From: Octopus sinensis
Taxonomy: Eukaryota
Direction: 5' to 3'
Assembly: GCF_006345805.1 (NCBI RefSeq)
Contig: NC_043021.1
Coordinates: forward strand, 11,284,001-11,348,000
Length of the DNA: 64,000 bases
The first letter of the stretch is position 1, and the number at the start of each line of letters is the position of its first letter. This document shows positions 23,970-36,970 of this stretch, piece after piece. The position numbers and the translations under genes were made by a program. Under the pieces are notes generated by a model. The model ran no database searches. It was not told the DNA's origin and worked only from the letters and a program-made list of their open reading frames with translations.

Positions 23970-26273
23970 TTGTTCGGTAGAATTTGCCCAACAAGTGTTA
24001 ACTGCAGACGGCCTTAGTACACTGGTGGAAATCTCCAACCAAGGTGGCACTCTGTCGCAAAATGCCCTTCGAGTGCTCATCTACCTGAGTCGACACAACT
24101 TCATACGTCCGCCTCTCGGTAGCTCAGGTGGAATCCAGACAATGAAGAACAAGTTTGACGACGAAGTGTCGACTGTACGTAAAATTGAAATACTCAATGC
24201 ACTGTGTTTGTTTTGCAACGAGGCCGTGAACCGAGTGAAACTACGCCAAAGTGATGTGTTGATGCTGTTCATCGAAGCCCTCAAAGATCTGATTTACAGT
24301 ACCCTTCACAACCGCATAATCAGTGCCCTCGTGAACTTCCTCTACGATGAAGTGAGCTTTGATATGCTTTTGGAGAGGGGGCTTGTCCCTGTTTTATTTA
24401 TTCATCTTCAGCGTTGTGCTGGTTTCTCGTTTAACTTGCCGAAAACGGAGCCGTTTGTGAAGTCCCTCATTGAAAACATTGTGAGTTATCCAACAAAAAA
24501 GCATACAAAATTCTCTGACGGAAGCGAGGAGGAAGGTAAAAATTCCCCCTCCTCAAAAAAATATTCTAAGCTCAGTGAGAACAGCAACAGTGATGCCAGA
24601 CTCAAAGACAGTTCAGTTTTGCCAGAAGTCTCTCCTAAAAAATTAAAACCTGGCTTTAAAGGTTCACCACCGACAGAGCAAAACAGAAGTGATAAACTTT
24701 CCGTAAAAGAAAATGAGAAAGATGCTGGAGCAAAATGTGTGTCAACAAAGCTATCAAATACTACAAAAGACGCAGATGCTGATCTCAGCTGCTCAGATTC
24801 CTTAACGAACGTTTCAAAAGATAATTGTAAATCTTCTCCTGTAAATGTTAATTTAGAAATGAAATTTATGGAAACTGAACCAGTGGCAAGTGACGATAAG
24901 ATACATTCCTCAAACAGTTGTAAAAGACCATTGTCAGAAGTGGACAGTTACCATTCTTCTGAAGCAGCAGTGGAATCTGAAAGTCCCCAAATGAAGTTTT
25001 CAAAGCAAGAAGCATCAGGGACAAAAGACCTTCCAAACAGACAGAGATCAGAATCTTTAACTTTACCCTTAAGTGGAGAAGATGATGACGATTGTGATGA
25101 TAGTGGTGTTGGTTGTGATGATGACTGTGGTAAGGATAATGTTGTCGATGACGACAATCGTGATGATGATGATGATAAGGATAAGATTGGTGCTGATGAG
25201 GATATTGAAGGAAATATTTGCCATCAGGTTTCGGCACCATCTGAGGAGGGCAAAAAGAAACAGCAAGAACAGACTCCACAACGCTATGTATTTCGCATCG
25301 ACAGCCCCACCTACCAAACCGATGTAAAGTGGAGCGCTGACAATTTCACCGACGGCCAGACTTGTAAGCAGGATTTTGGCAATGAAGTGTCAAATGGGTC
25401 TTCAGCGCTTAGTCCCTTCAGTAACTCCTCTTACCACTCCCCAGACTGGAGCCCAGATTACAGCTCTCAGTTACGAGATGATTTCAGTTCTGAAGACAGT
25501 GATGATGATAGATCTCAAGATGACCTGCAGGATCCAGTTGCCATGGTTACTTCAAAAACAGTCTCGGCTACTGGTGACAGCATCAGAAAGGAACAATCAA
25601 GTTCTGTAGCATCGGCAGCAGCCGACACACCTAAAGGATGGAGAAAAACCAGAAAGAAACCATCACATTCTCCTGTAAAAGATTTATCCTCCAACAGTGT
25701 GGAAAATGAGGAATTCACGAAAAACCTTTATAAAAAACGGGAGAAAATGATGCTGAGTGATTGCCATGTGGCACTTCGCACCACAGAGAACAACATTTTG
25801 GTGTTGCTTTCTCGAGTGTCTCAGAAAGAAAATCCATCCAAATTTTTAGCCACTGTAGAAAGCTTCTGGTGTTTGCTGCACTATATCGGAAAAGTTCCTT
25901 TTGCTTATCCCCGTAGCATCCGAATTCTCAGCAGGGTTGTGCGTAATCCTTTCTGCTTCGAGTCCCTCATTACATTCATGGCTCCAGCAATGATATTTCT
26001 GGAACTGATGACTTCATGGGACCAAAGAAAGGACAGCCAAAGTAAGTTGTTCTGGACACCCTCCAGGGGCACCATGCTAAATTTCAATAGTGCATTTGCT
26101 GTCGACTCTTACATCAAAGACTTGGACGATCTCTTTAAAGCTGGTCAACTTATTCTAAATGATTTCAGCCAAGTGGCTGAAATCCACTTTGGTAACTCTC
26201 TGCTGGCACAGCACTTGACAAAAAAGACCCCGCAACAGGATTCTGTGGTTGCATGTCTACCATTCTTGTGTAG
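23970..26273 (+). CDS. ARMC5: ARMC5 exon 5 (2304 nt: ARM repeats, long acidic/Ser-rich linker, post-linker helices)
   Basis: Lies within the 777-aa ORF; acceptor ttctag, donor AG|gtaagt. Motifs RPPLGSSGGI, LCLFCNEAVNRVKLR, HNRIISALVNFLYD and LLSRVSQ..RILSRVVRNPFC match recalled ARMC5. Confidence 0.93.
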
Positions 26274-27508
26274 GTAAGTAACTGCTGCTTTTCCATACTC
26301 TCTTTTACTTGTTTCAGTCATATGACTGTGGCCATGCTGGAGCACCGCCTTTATAAAAAATATATATATCTGTGCACAGAATTATTCTTTCCTTGTGTGT
26401 GTGTGTGTGTGGTGTGTGTATGCCACTCCCAAAAAGTGGAAGGAATCCAGGGTAGAGGAAGACCCAGGAAGATATGGGATGAGGTGGTGAAGCATGACCT
26501 ATCTCCAGTGCCAAGACCACCAAATTCTGCGATTTTGACCTTCCTTATTAGACTCACTATTTTTATTTTTATTAAGTTACAATGGGGTGGTGAAAAGTTC
26601 CTGGCTTTGGGTAAAAGAAATTACAGGAGGATCAGTTAATTATGATTTTATTCAACATCTTCCCCTCTCAGATTCACACACCTCTTGCAGTGGTCCTTCA
26701 GTTTTTCTAAGCCTTGTAAAAGAACTCTGAAGGTTGGGCCTCCAACCAGGCCTTTTGCAATAACCTTTAAACCAGGAACTTTTCAGCACCCCTCATACTT
26801 AATATGTACACAAGGGGGTCCTGGAAAGTTCTTGGCTTTGGGTAAAAGAAATACTCAAGGATCTCTTGTTTCAGTCATTTGACTGTGTCCATGCTGGAGC
26901 ACCGCCTTTAGTCGAGCAAATCGACCCCAGGACTTATTCTTTGTTAGCCTAGTACTTACTCTATTGGTCTCTTTTGCCGAACTGCTAAGTTACAGGGATG
27001 TAAACACACCAGCATCAGTTGTCAAGCAATGTTGGGGGGACAAACACAGACACACAAATATACATATATATACACTTATAAACGACAGGCTTCTTTCAGT
27101 TTCCGTCTACCAAATCCACTCACAAAGTTTTGGTCGGCCCGAGGCTATAGTAGAAGACGCTTGCCCAAGGTGCCACGCAGTGGGACTGAACCCGGAACCA
27201 TGTGGTTGGTAAGCAAGCTACTTACCACACAGCCGCTCTGTTTTTATTCAACATATACCTCTCAGATTCGCACACTCATTGCAGTGGTCCTTCAGTTTTT
27301 CTAAGCCCTGATGAAAGAACTCAGAAGGTTGGACCTCCACCCAGGCCTTTTGCAATACCCTCAAAGCCAAGAATTGTTCTGCACCCCCTTGTAGAAACAA
27401 TGTGTGGCTCATAAGTAAGGCATTTTATTTTATTTGTTTAATCAAAGAACAGTTCTCTTTTTTTTTTTAATTGTTTTATATATTTATTATTTATTTGTCT
27501 CTTTTTAG

Positions 27509-28319
27509 GTGCCGAAATGTTCAAGAGAAACTCTTAGTAAAATTCCGTGGTTTTGATCTGCTGCTGAACATCATTAAAAATGAACCGGAAAGCTACTTGT
27601 CCAAGGTTGTTATCTTGGGCCTAAATTACTTGTCGCGTCACCTCAATGTGACGACGTCTTTACAGAACGTCGACAGACAACAGGTGTATCCAAAACAGAC
27701 TCTGCCCGGAAACAACTCCTCGGACACCCAAGACTGCTGTTTGAGTAACACAAAGAGAAACACGGCATTTGTAACGGACAATGGTAAAAAAATCCTCGTG
27801 AATCAGGAAGCTGTGACGAGTCGATCGGAAGTGTTCAGCGCCATGCTTCTCAGTGATTTCGTCGAGGCCGAAACACACGAGGTAAAGATTGGTTACACAA
27901 CCCCACAAGCTCTTGAGGTCATCGTCCACTATCTACACGGTTGCAGCTTGAAGTGTTTTACCATCCAACAGCTTCACTGGCCGAAAACTAAACTAACTAA
28001 GAATGACTTGCTCAACATAATGGGCCTGACTGACCGTTACATGCTGGACAATCTGCGGAAATATCTTGCCTGTGTTATTTTTCAGTGTTACCTTGACGAA
28101 AAGACAGCCGATGCATTTTACAATGCAGCTGTATTGCACAGCTACAATGATCTCAGCAGGGATTGCATAAAATATTGCTTGGGTCAAGTATGCCTGGGCA
28201 AGAGGTCAATAGACTGCCTTTTGCGCTTTCTTAACGGACCAAACCATGAAGTGTTCCTTTCTTCGGTGAAAGAGATGTTCATAAAGCATATCGTCAGTGA
28301 GAATGCGGCGCCAAAATAA
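27509..28319 (+). CDS. ARMC5: ARMC5 exon 6, C-terminal BTB/POZ domain and stop
   Basis: Acceptor cttttttag|G. BTB signature FVTDNGKKILVNQEAVTSRSEVFSAMLLSDFVEAETHEVKI...IVHYLHGC; TAA ends at 28319. Six exons total 4257 nt = 1418 aa + stop. Confidence 0.93.
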
Positions 28320-29289
28320 GACAAGAGAGAGAATGAGTGAGTGAGAGACCATTCCAATTTTGGTAGCCTGTTTAGGTTAAAAACTCCAACAAGAAAAAAC
28401 GTCTGAAATTCTTGTCTTAAAAAGACATCGATGTCTTCCTTAAAACCAGATTCAGGTTAGTCATCATAATAGGCATTTGTGAGCCCTTTGCCTATGCTGT
28501 GTATCATGTGATGTACAGGACACATTTCCGTGGTTTCTATGCATCATAAATGATACACATTCACAGTTGTTTTTTCAACCACTGGAACAATTTGGGACTT
28601 AACCCTGTCAAGTGTAATGCTTATTTATTCACATTTGTCATGCATTATCTTGTGGCCTTGAGGTTTCAATAATGGGAGGGTTTAATTTTTGGAATAACAT
28701 TGTAGGATAGGTATGAGAAGCCAGATCTGGCTAGTTTCAACATAAGATAAGTAGAATATTTAGGCCGGATATGGCCAGTTTAAAGGGTTCAGAAAGAAAA
28801 CTTTATATTACCCTATACACTATGAAACAAGGGCTAACTAAAGGTTTGAAAACAAGCATGGATGTTTAGAACAAAGTTATAAAAATCTTTTGGACAGGTA
28901 GATTAAACATACACACACTAATTCACTCTCCCCCACTTTACCTTTTTACAGTATCAGCATCCATGGATGTATATATATGAACTGGAAGTTCATATAGCTT
29001 CATATAGGTACAGTGTAAGGTTATAATGCTGTAGAATGTCAATGACCAGGTTTTAGATGTGTATTGAAGGACTTCAAAATTGTTAGTTATAAGCAGAAAT
29101 TTGAATGAATTCAGTGGTGCATGTGTTAAATAAGCAGCAAAAAATGACTACCAAAATGCTATACTATCACATCTGTATAAATGTAAACAAACAAATATTT
29201 GGTTTCTTTTTTTATTTTTTATTAGAAGCATCAAAATGTGTATTGTATGATACAAATAAGATAATAATAATAATAATGATGAAATTATT

Positions 29290-29545
29290 GTATATAGTGC
29301 TCGGGTGCACCACAACTTGTCAAAAGTGCGTGTAAAGCATATGCAGTAATGTACAAATGCCTGGAAAGTGAACAATGTATGAGTCAGATACATGCTTGTG
29401 TGTGTATGGAGGGAAGAAAATCAGGTGTAGTGTTGGCGAATCTCAGGAAGCATGGAAGTTTTGAAGGATGCAGTGCTCCGACAACTAACAGCTGATGCCG
29501 GCAGTTTGTTCCATACTTCAGCAACTCTTAGTGTGAAAAAAAAAG
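29290..29545 (-). mobile_element. 3' end of a different CR1-group LINE; related tail at about 50160-50275
   Basis: Encodes FFTLRVAEVWNKLPASAVSCRSTASFK, the CR1 terminal FFxxRVxxxWNxLP motif; the tail recurs at 50160-50275. Confidence 0.7.
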
Positions 29546-30002
29546 ATGATGATAAAGATTGTTTGCCAACATAACATGGCAGTCCTAGCTTAGAACTGGT
29601 GTTGCTGTAATTTAGCCCCGGGAGACATCGTCTCCAGCTGGTTTGAAAATGTAAGGACACAGATCGTGTTGTATAACCAACTGGAGATGATGTCTCTTGG
29701 GGCTAAATTACAGCAACATTAGTCCTAAACCAGGACTGCCATGTTATGTTGGCAAACAATCTTTACTACAAAGTACTGTTGCTGAATATCTCACATTGTG
29801 AGATTAAAAAATAGTTTTTTTTCTTAGATGATATTTTTTCAAACGCAGAGTTGCTGTTAGAACAGCAGAAATACTCAATAAATTGGCTGGTTGTTGACAG
29901 ATTTTTTCACCTTGTAAGGGTATTTTACCCATTATTTCTGCTGTTCTAATGACAACTCTGTGTTCGAAAAAAATATCTTATTTGTATCCTACAGTACACT
30001 AT

Positions 30003-30365
30003 CAGTTCTATATTTAAGAGATGAGGAATTATGTATATTTACATTTGACAGATATTTGTCCTCATCTTGTTTGTTGTTAACACAATGTTTTGGCTGATAT
30101 ACCCTCCAGCCTTCTTCAGGTGTCTTGGGGAAATTTTGAACCTGGGTTCTCATTCCTAAGGCATTTTTCGTTGTTCTTGCTATTATTATTATTACTATTA
30201 TTCAAGTCACAGCCTGGAATTGAACTCGGAATCTTGGGGTTAGTAGCCTGCGCTCGTAACTACTATGCCATATGCCCATGAAAGCTGATGAAGGTTGGAG
30301 GGTATATCAGCTGAAATGTTGTGTTAACAACAAATAAGATGAGGACAAATATCTGTCAAATGTAA
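30003..30365. mobile_element. Inverted pair of Penelope-like pLTR fragments, each with a decayed hammerhead
   Basis: About 85 bp arms (30038-30120 versus 30283-30365) in inverted orientation. Motifs CTGAAGA/CTGATGA-A-GG(C/T)TG..CAGC(C/T)-(G/A)AAA are present. Confidence 0.6.
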
Positions 30366-31522
30366 GTAAAGTACACTACCAATCTCAACAAACAAAATCA
30401 AATTGCTGGTACCATGTAAAAAGCACCCAGTACACTCTGTGGAGTGGTTGGCATTAGGAAAGGCATCCAGCCACAGAAACGAAGCCGAAAGACTATGGAA
30501 CCTAGTGTGGCCTTTAAAGGTGTTGCGAAAGGTCTGGGTGGAGTTCCAACCTTCTGAGAGGGGAATATGTTGTTTAAATCATTATCAGCTGTTCCTCTTG
30601 TATATTTTTTTACCCAAAGTTGGGAACTTTTCAGCACCTCCTTGGATATATCTACTCTACAGAAAGAAGCCTGTTTCTTCCCCGCCTATCATACTTTTAA
30701 TCTTTCATCACCTGGTACAAAGCCACCACCCTCACATGAGGGGTGTTGTCTTTGCAAGTTGATGAACTCACTGCTGCTCATGACACGTAGAAAGCAGACA
30801 GTACACTCTGAAGTGGATGACATTAAGAAGGGCGTCCAGTCGTAGATACCATGCGAAAGCAAACACTTGGGGTTTGGCACAGTCCTCAGACTCACCATCT
30901 CCTGTGAAACCATCCAGCCGATGCCAGCATGGAAAACATGTTAAATGAACAGCGGCTAACTGGCTTCCGTGCTGGTGGCATGTAAAAGGCACCATTCGAG
31001 CGTGATCGTTACCAGCGTCGCCTTACTGGCACGTGGAAAAACATTCGAGCGAGGTCGTTGCCAGTACTGCCTGACTAGCCCCCGTGACAGTGGCACGTAA
31101 AAGCACCCACTACACTCTCGGAGTGGTTGGCGTTAGGAAGGGCATCCAGCTGTAGAAACTATGCCAGATCAAGACTGGAGCCTGGTGCAGCCATCTGGTT
31201 CGCCAGCCCTCAGTCAAATCGTCCAACCCATGCTGGCATGGAAAGCGGACGTTAAACGATGATGATGATGAAAGTAAAAATAGATGTGGCTGTTGCTTTA
31301 TCTAAATGACAATAGTTTTTGCCCATCTGACCAAAACACATAACAGAATAGGATTTATAATTCAAAGGTTAACGTAACAATAAGGGTCTTATGTAGAAAT
31401 CGTGGTGGAACCAGCAGATATGTTTTTTTTTTTGTTTTTTTTTTTTACTAGGTCCAGTTCTAACTGGTATAGAAAGAATTAAAGCAGAACAAAGGAACAT
31501 GAGATTAAACCAATGAGAACAT

Positions 31523-31528
31523 TTTATT
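31523..31528 (-). promoter_or_regulatory. Candidate GATC polyadenylation signal AATAAA
   Basis: AATAAA on the minus strand about 55 nt after the stop codon; position only, no transcript evidence. Confidence 0.35.
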
Positions 31529-31581
31529 TTACAAATATATACATATATAAACAGAGAGGCTTCCATTCCAAGCTGTTCCCT

Positions 31582-31607
31582 TTAAGATCTTTTCAGTGGA
31601 ATATTCC
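31582..31607 (-). CDS. GATC: GATC terminal coding exon
   Basis: ttgttttctag|GG AAT ATT CCA CTG AAA AGA TCT TAA encodes GNIPLKRS*, completing the conserved APPGNIPL. Confidence 0.9.
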
Positions 31608-31704
31608 CTAGAAAACAAATAAGAAAAACTGTCAAAGATACAAAATAATGGTTTCAGATTTTGACACAAGGCCAGCAATATTTTAGGGGATTGACATTCT
31701 TTTA

Positions 31705-32625
31705 ACACTAGCTTAATGATAACTAAGTTATTTTACTAAATTCTTTGTTATATTTAAAATTAATTGAAAGAAACACAGATGGTAACAAAAGGGTTAAATG
31801 TCACCACGATATTTTTAAACCTTTTGATACCAACCCAGCTGAAACTGGCTCTGGCATACGAATATCTTGTTTTCAAAAGTTCTGAATAAAATCTGCCACC
31901 AAATCTTAGTCACAATTTATGTTCCTAACTAGCTTAATAATAACAAAGTTATTTTATTAAATTCTTTGTTAGATTTTAAATTAATTGAAAGAAACACAGA
32001 ACATCTTAAGACAGAAATATGGTAACAAAAGGGGTTAACGTCACCATGATAATACAGTTCTATATTTAAGAGATGAGGAATTGTACATTATTTACATTTG
32101 ACGGATATTTGTCCTCATTATTATATGACAAATATCCATCAAATGTAAATAAAGTCACCATGATATTTTTAACTCTTGATACCAACCCAGCTGAAACCAG
32201 CTCTGGCTCTGTAGTACAAATGTCTTGTTTTCATAAGTTTTGAATTAAAATCTTCCACCAAACCTTAGTCGCAATTTATGTTCCTAACACTAGCTGAATG
32301 ATAACTAAGTTATTTTACTAAATTCTTTGTTATATTTAAAATTAATTTAAAGCAACACAGAGCATCTCAACAGAAATATGATCACAAAAGGGTTAATGTC
32401 ACCATATTTTTAACCCTTTTGATACCAACCCGGCTGAAACCAGCTCTGGCTCTGTAGTACAAATGTCTTGTTTTCAGAAGTTTTGAATTAAAATCTTCCA
32501 CCAAACCTTAGTGACAATTTATGCTCCTAACACTAGCTTAATGATAAGTTATTTTACTAAATTCTTTGTTATATTTAAAATTAATTGAAAGAAACACAGA
32601 GCATCTCAAAAGAAGTATGGTAATG
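31705..32625. mobile_element. Tandem array (about 3.5 units) of a TTAA-flanked piggyBac-like MITE in the last GATC intron
   Basis: Units run TTAA-CCCTTTTGATACCA ... TGGTAACAAAAGGG-TTAA, about 225 bp, with starts near 31815, 32169 and 32410. They are separated by a repeated gtcacca..atatttt spacer. Confidence 0.75.
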
Positions 32626-32788
32626 GCGGTGCCCCAGCATGGCTACAGCTCATGAGCTGAAACTAGATAAAAAAAAAATAATGAAAGGGTTAAGAACACA
32701 ATGTACTGCCTTGTTCAGGAATTGAAACAAGTTTTATGATTGTAAGTGCAACACAATAACTACTTAGGTCGTGCACCTACACACTTAC

Positions 32789-32892
32789 CGGGTGGGGCCA
32801 CATAATAATCTTCAAAGACCTTCGTAGCATTGTTGAGTATAGCGTCTTTGTCGCGTCCTTCCTTAATGACATCAGACCGAAGTTCCAGTGCT
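32789..32892 (-). CDS. GATC: GATC exon (not in the ORF track)
   Basis: gatttgcag|A ALELRSDVIKEGRDKDAILNNATKVFEDYYVAPP G|gtaagt; the GatC C-terminal YxVAPP motif is present and the phases match. Confidence 0.92.
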
Positions 32893-34628
32893 CTGCAAAT
32901 CAGGGGAGTATTTCAAGGATAATGAGACAAAGAGAAAGTGGAAAATGAATAAAAGAATAATTACAGGTGAAAAAAGTCAAAGATGGGAAGAAGCAGCAGA
33001 TAATTTATTTTTTAAAAAAAGAGTTGTGGGGGGGGGGGACTGCATAATTATAATCCTTTGGCATTTCTTTCAGAGTTACGTTCTGGGGTCAATAAAATAA
33101 GTACCAATTAAGCGGGGGCACCGTGATATGTAATCGACCAGTTCCATCCCCCAAAATATCAGGACTCATGAATGAAATAAATTAAAGATAAAAAACAGTA
33201 GTGTAGGTCCTGCCAGGATAGAAAAACAGTGATCTGTAGGTCCCCTCCTTTCAAGTCCCTTACATTACAGTGGCTAGAAACCTTGTTTGGAACAAAATCA
33301 TATATATATATATATATACTGGCTGAGTTCCTGTTAATTGTTGGGCCTCATGGAGGCAAGGTGGCTGACCTCCTTTTGAGCGTTGGACCTCATGGAGGCA
33401 AAGTGGCCAAATTCCTTTCGAGTGTTGGGCCTCACAGAGGCCAAAACCAAGACCTTTGGCATTATGTTGTGCTTGAGAAGAAGACCCATCAAGCCGAGTA
33501 AAATTGCAGTCATGGTAGATACTGTTGTCACACAAATTGGTACATAAACACACCCTGGTGTCACACAAATGGCACGTAAAAGCACCCACTACACTCTCTG
33601 ACTAGTTGGCATTAGGAAGGACATCCAGTCGTAGAAAACCATGCCAAATCAGACTGGAGCCTGGCACAGCCCTGTTCAAACCGTCCAACCCTTGCCAGCA
33701 TGGACAACGGACATTAAATGATATATATATATATACACACACACACACATATTTCGTTTTTGGATTTAGTCAAGACTATTGAAAAGGTTGCAAGACGCAA
33801 CAAAAATTTTTGGAAAATAAAAATAAGTGGAAATTTTACCAGTGAGTGTGTTACATTATAAGGCACAAAAAGAAAATGACTCTCCCCAGACACAACAGAA
33901 TATATATATATATATATATATATAAAGGAGGCCTACACAGTCATTGCATATGATGTATGAGCATAATTAGAACACAGATGTGAAGGGATACAAGAGAGAA
34001 GAGGAAGATGAAACACAAAATTTCTGTTGTCTCTTAACTCAGGATTGAGGCCACCTAACAAAAACAGATATATGGCTCCAAGCCAGAGAGATGTAAGGTG
34101 AGTTATTTTGAACCCCACCATACCTCTTTGTCATGTCTTGTAATGGCATTCACCTGGTAATGCCATTACAAGACATGGTAAGCTGGCAGAAACGTTAGCG
34201 CACCAGGTGAAATGTTTAACGGTATTTCGTCAGCCGTTACATTCTGAGGTCGACTTTGCCTTTCATCCTTTCGGGGTCGATTAAATAAGTACCAGTTATG
34301 TACTGGGGTCGATCTAATCGACTTATTCATTTGTCTGTCCTTGTTTGTCTTCTCTGTGTTTAGGCTCTTGTGGGTAGTAAAGAAATAGGCGTTAAGTTGG
34401 CTACTATTGAGTTCAGCATGTCATGGGTCGAGGCTGGAATCTGAACTCAGAACATACAGATGGAAGAAATGTCACTAAGAATTTTGCTGGACAAAAAAAA
34501 ATAGGCAGGGAAAGAGCCATCAAAAATTGGCAAAATGCTGGAGCAGATTTGGGTAACAAAAACTCAACACAACTAAACCAATTTACAAAGTGATGGGAAA
34601 GAGGAAGCAAAAACATAACAGGATTTAC

Positions 34629-34798
34629 CTGTCTTCGTGCACTGATATCATAGGTTCAATCCCAGTCGTATCCACAGACAGAACATTATTAGCAGCTTTA
34701 ATAGTTTGTCGGAGCCGTTGCACACCAACCTCAGAATCAAATGCAACAAGAGATAGCCTTTCCAACCTCTCTACAAGTTTGGCATCAACTGGAGGTTC
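34629..34798 (-). CDS. GATC: GATC core exon (Glu-tRNA(Gln) amidotransferase subunit C)
   Basis: ttttgaatcag|EPPVDAKLVERLERLSLVAFDSEVGVQRLRQTIKAANNVLSVDTTGIEPMISVHED(R)|gtaaat; contains the GatC motifs LERLSLV and VDTxGxEPM. Confidence 0.93.
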
Positions 34799-34861
34799 CT
34801 GATTCAAAATAAAGACTGTAATCATTATTTTAATCAAAAATTTGATATATATTTTACATAC

Positions 34862-34895
<34 letters not shown>

Positions 34896-35264
34896 AGAAA
34901 TAACCTCTTAATTATATACATATATATTGTGAAATTTGATTTAGAATTGCTAAATTGAATTTTTCCCTGTAAGTTTGGAAGTATATTCCCTACTACTACT
35001 ACTATTATTATTATTATTATTATTATTATTATGACCCCGGTCGAACCGTCCAACCCGTGCTAGCGCGGAAAACGGACGTTAAACGATGATGATGATGATG
35101 ATATATATATATATATGTGCACGGGTGGCTGTCTGGGAAGAAGCTCTTGCTTCCCAACCACATAGTTCCGGGTTCAATCCCACTGTGTGGCACGCTGGGC
35201 AAGTGTCTTCTACTGTAAACACACCAGCCATCAGTTATCGAGTGATGGTGGAGGGACAAATACA

Positions 35265-35296
<32 letters not shown>

Positions 35297-35478
35297 AACA
35301 GAGTTAGCAGTTATAGTAATTGACGAAGGGATAAAATATCTGTATATACTATCGGTATCTGTTACCTGTATTATCCCCAGGCATTGGTGTGCAGGCATAC
35401 CATGCATGTAGAGTGCAGATAACAAGAGTTTATCAGGGATCAATGCAAATAATTATTTGCAATTATATGTATATACAT

Positions 35479-35535
<57 letters not shown>

Positions 35536-35811
35536 GACGGTCTTTTTTCAGTTTCTGTCTACCAAATACACTCACAACATTTTGGTCAGCCCGAGGCTAT
35601 AGTAAAAGACACTTGCTAATGCCAACCACTTTACAACATGTACTGGGTGCTCTTAACATGGACTACACAGACACATTTACACGGCACTGGCACGAGTGCT
35701 TTTCATGTGGCACTGGCACACAACTCTTGCAGGCCAATTCTCTTTTACGAGGTGGAATGGCCTTAATGCTTCTGCTGTGGAGGACGGGTCTTCATAGAAT
35801 TTAATACTTAC

Positions 35812-35868
35812 AGATGTGTCTGGATCTGGTGTTGTGTTGATGTTGATGTCCTCTGCTGACTGAGACGG
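35812..35868 (-). CDS. GATC: Possible GATC linker exon (57 nt, frame-preserving)
   Basis: First AG after a long pyrimidine tract, donor TCT|gtaagt. Encodes PSQSAEDININTTPDPDTS. No recognisable homology, and the model is also in frame without it. Confidence 0.45.
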
Positions 35869-36540
35869 CTGGATGTTGGGAGGTGACACAGCAACGAAAG
35901 AGAAGAGGAAGAGGAAAAAAAAAACAAAGTAACATTATAAGGAATTATATCATCTATTTATTAAGAATTATATTACACTGTGTAACATGATTTTTATCCT
36001 ACTGTTATTTCTTATTTGCTTACCCTTGGCTAATATTTCTTAATTCACATAGGTAAAGAGAAAAAAATAATGAACCCACCCATATTTGATCATGCGTTTC
36101 TGGATTAAAGAGATGTAAAATTTTATTTTTACTCACTTATTACTGTCTTCTGTGTAATATTTCTGTCTACCAAATACACTCACAAAGGATTTGGTCAGTC
36201 CGAGGCTATAGTAAAAGACACTTGCCCAAGGTGCCATGTAGTGGGGACTGAACCCGGAATCGTGGTTGGTAAGCAAGCTACTTATCACACAGCCACACAC
36301 ACATAAAATCATATTTCAATGGGTGTATGTGTATATGCACACATACAAAACTATTTTTTTTCTGATATTAATTGAAACCCCAAAGAATCCCTCTCAACAC
36401 ATGGCTATGATGCTCCCCCACTACTTCTGCTCGTCACCAGAGATGCACATATTGTAAGCCACTAAGGGACATGCTCAAGGGGTTAAGGTCAAGCAACTGA
36501 CAAGCAAATCTGTGGTATTGAGCAGAATATTTGCTATAAC

Positions 36541-36816
36541 CAGTGGTGGACTGGACAGGTTGACAGCTTGCCCAATGGCAAGTGGGCCCCTGTGCCATTA
36601 TAATCCATATATGGGGGACCCATCCTCTCAAGTTTGGGAAATTTTTTTATTCGCCCCTGGAAGAATGCATTAATTATTTCAACCTGGCTGTGTTTGTAGA
36701 CAGTTGAAAAGAATACTTTTAACAAAAAGAAAAAAAATTAAATGATAGCATTGTAGTTGTGGATGGGCCCCCTTAGTCTCCTGGCAACCAATATTTTTAG
36801 ACCCGGTTCACCACTG
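36541..36816. mobile_element. hAT-like MITE
   Basis: TIR CAGTGGTGGACTGG / CCGGTTCACCACTG with 8-bp TSD gctataac / gctataat. Confidence 0.7.
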
Positions 36817-36970
36817 GCTATAATGATATTTCTGCTTCAGCAACTCAGCACTGAATCTGTGTGAAACGTAATGGAAAATAGATCAGTTTCAAAACATTGA
36901 TGTCCAGGTGACAAAAGCAAAGTTTGAAGAGAATAGCAGTCATTTCCTTTTATTTCTAGATAGAAGCAAA

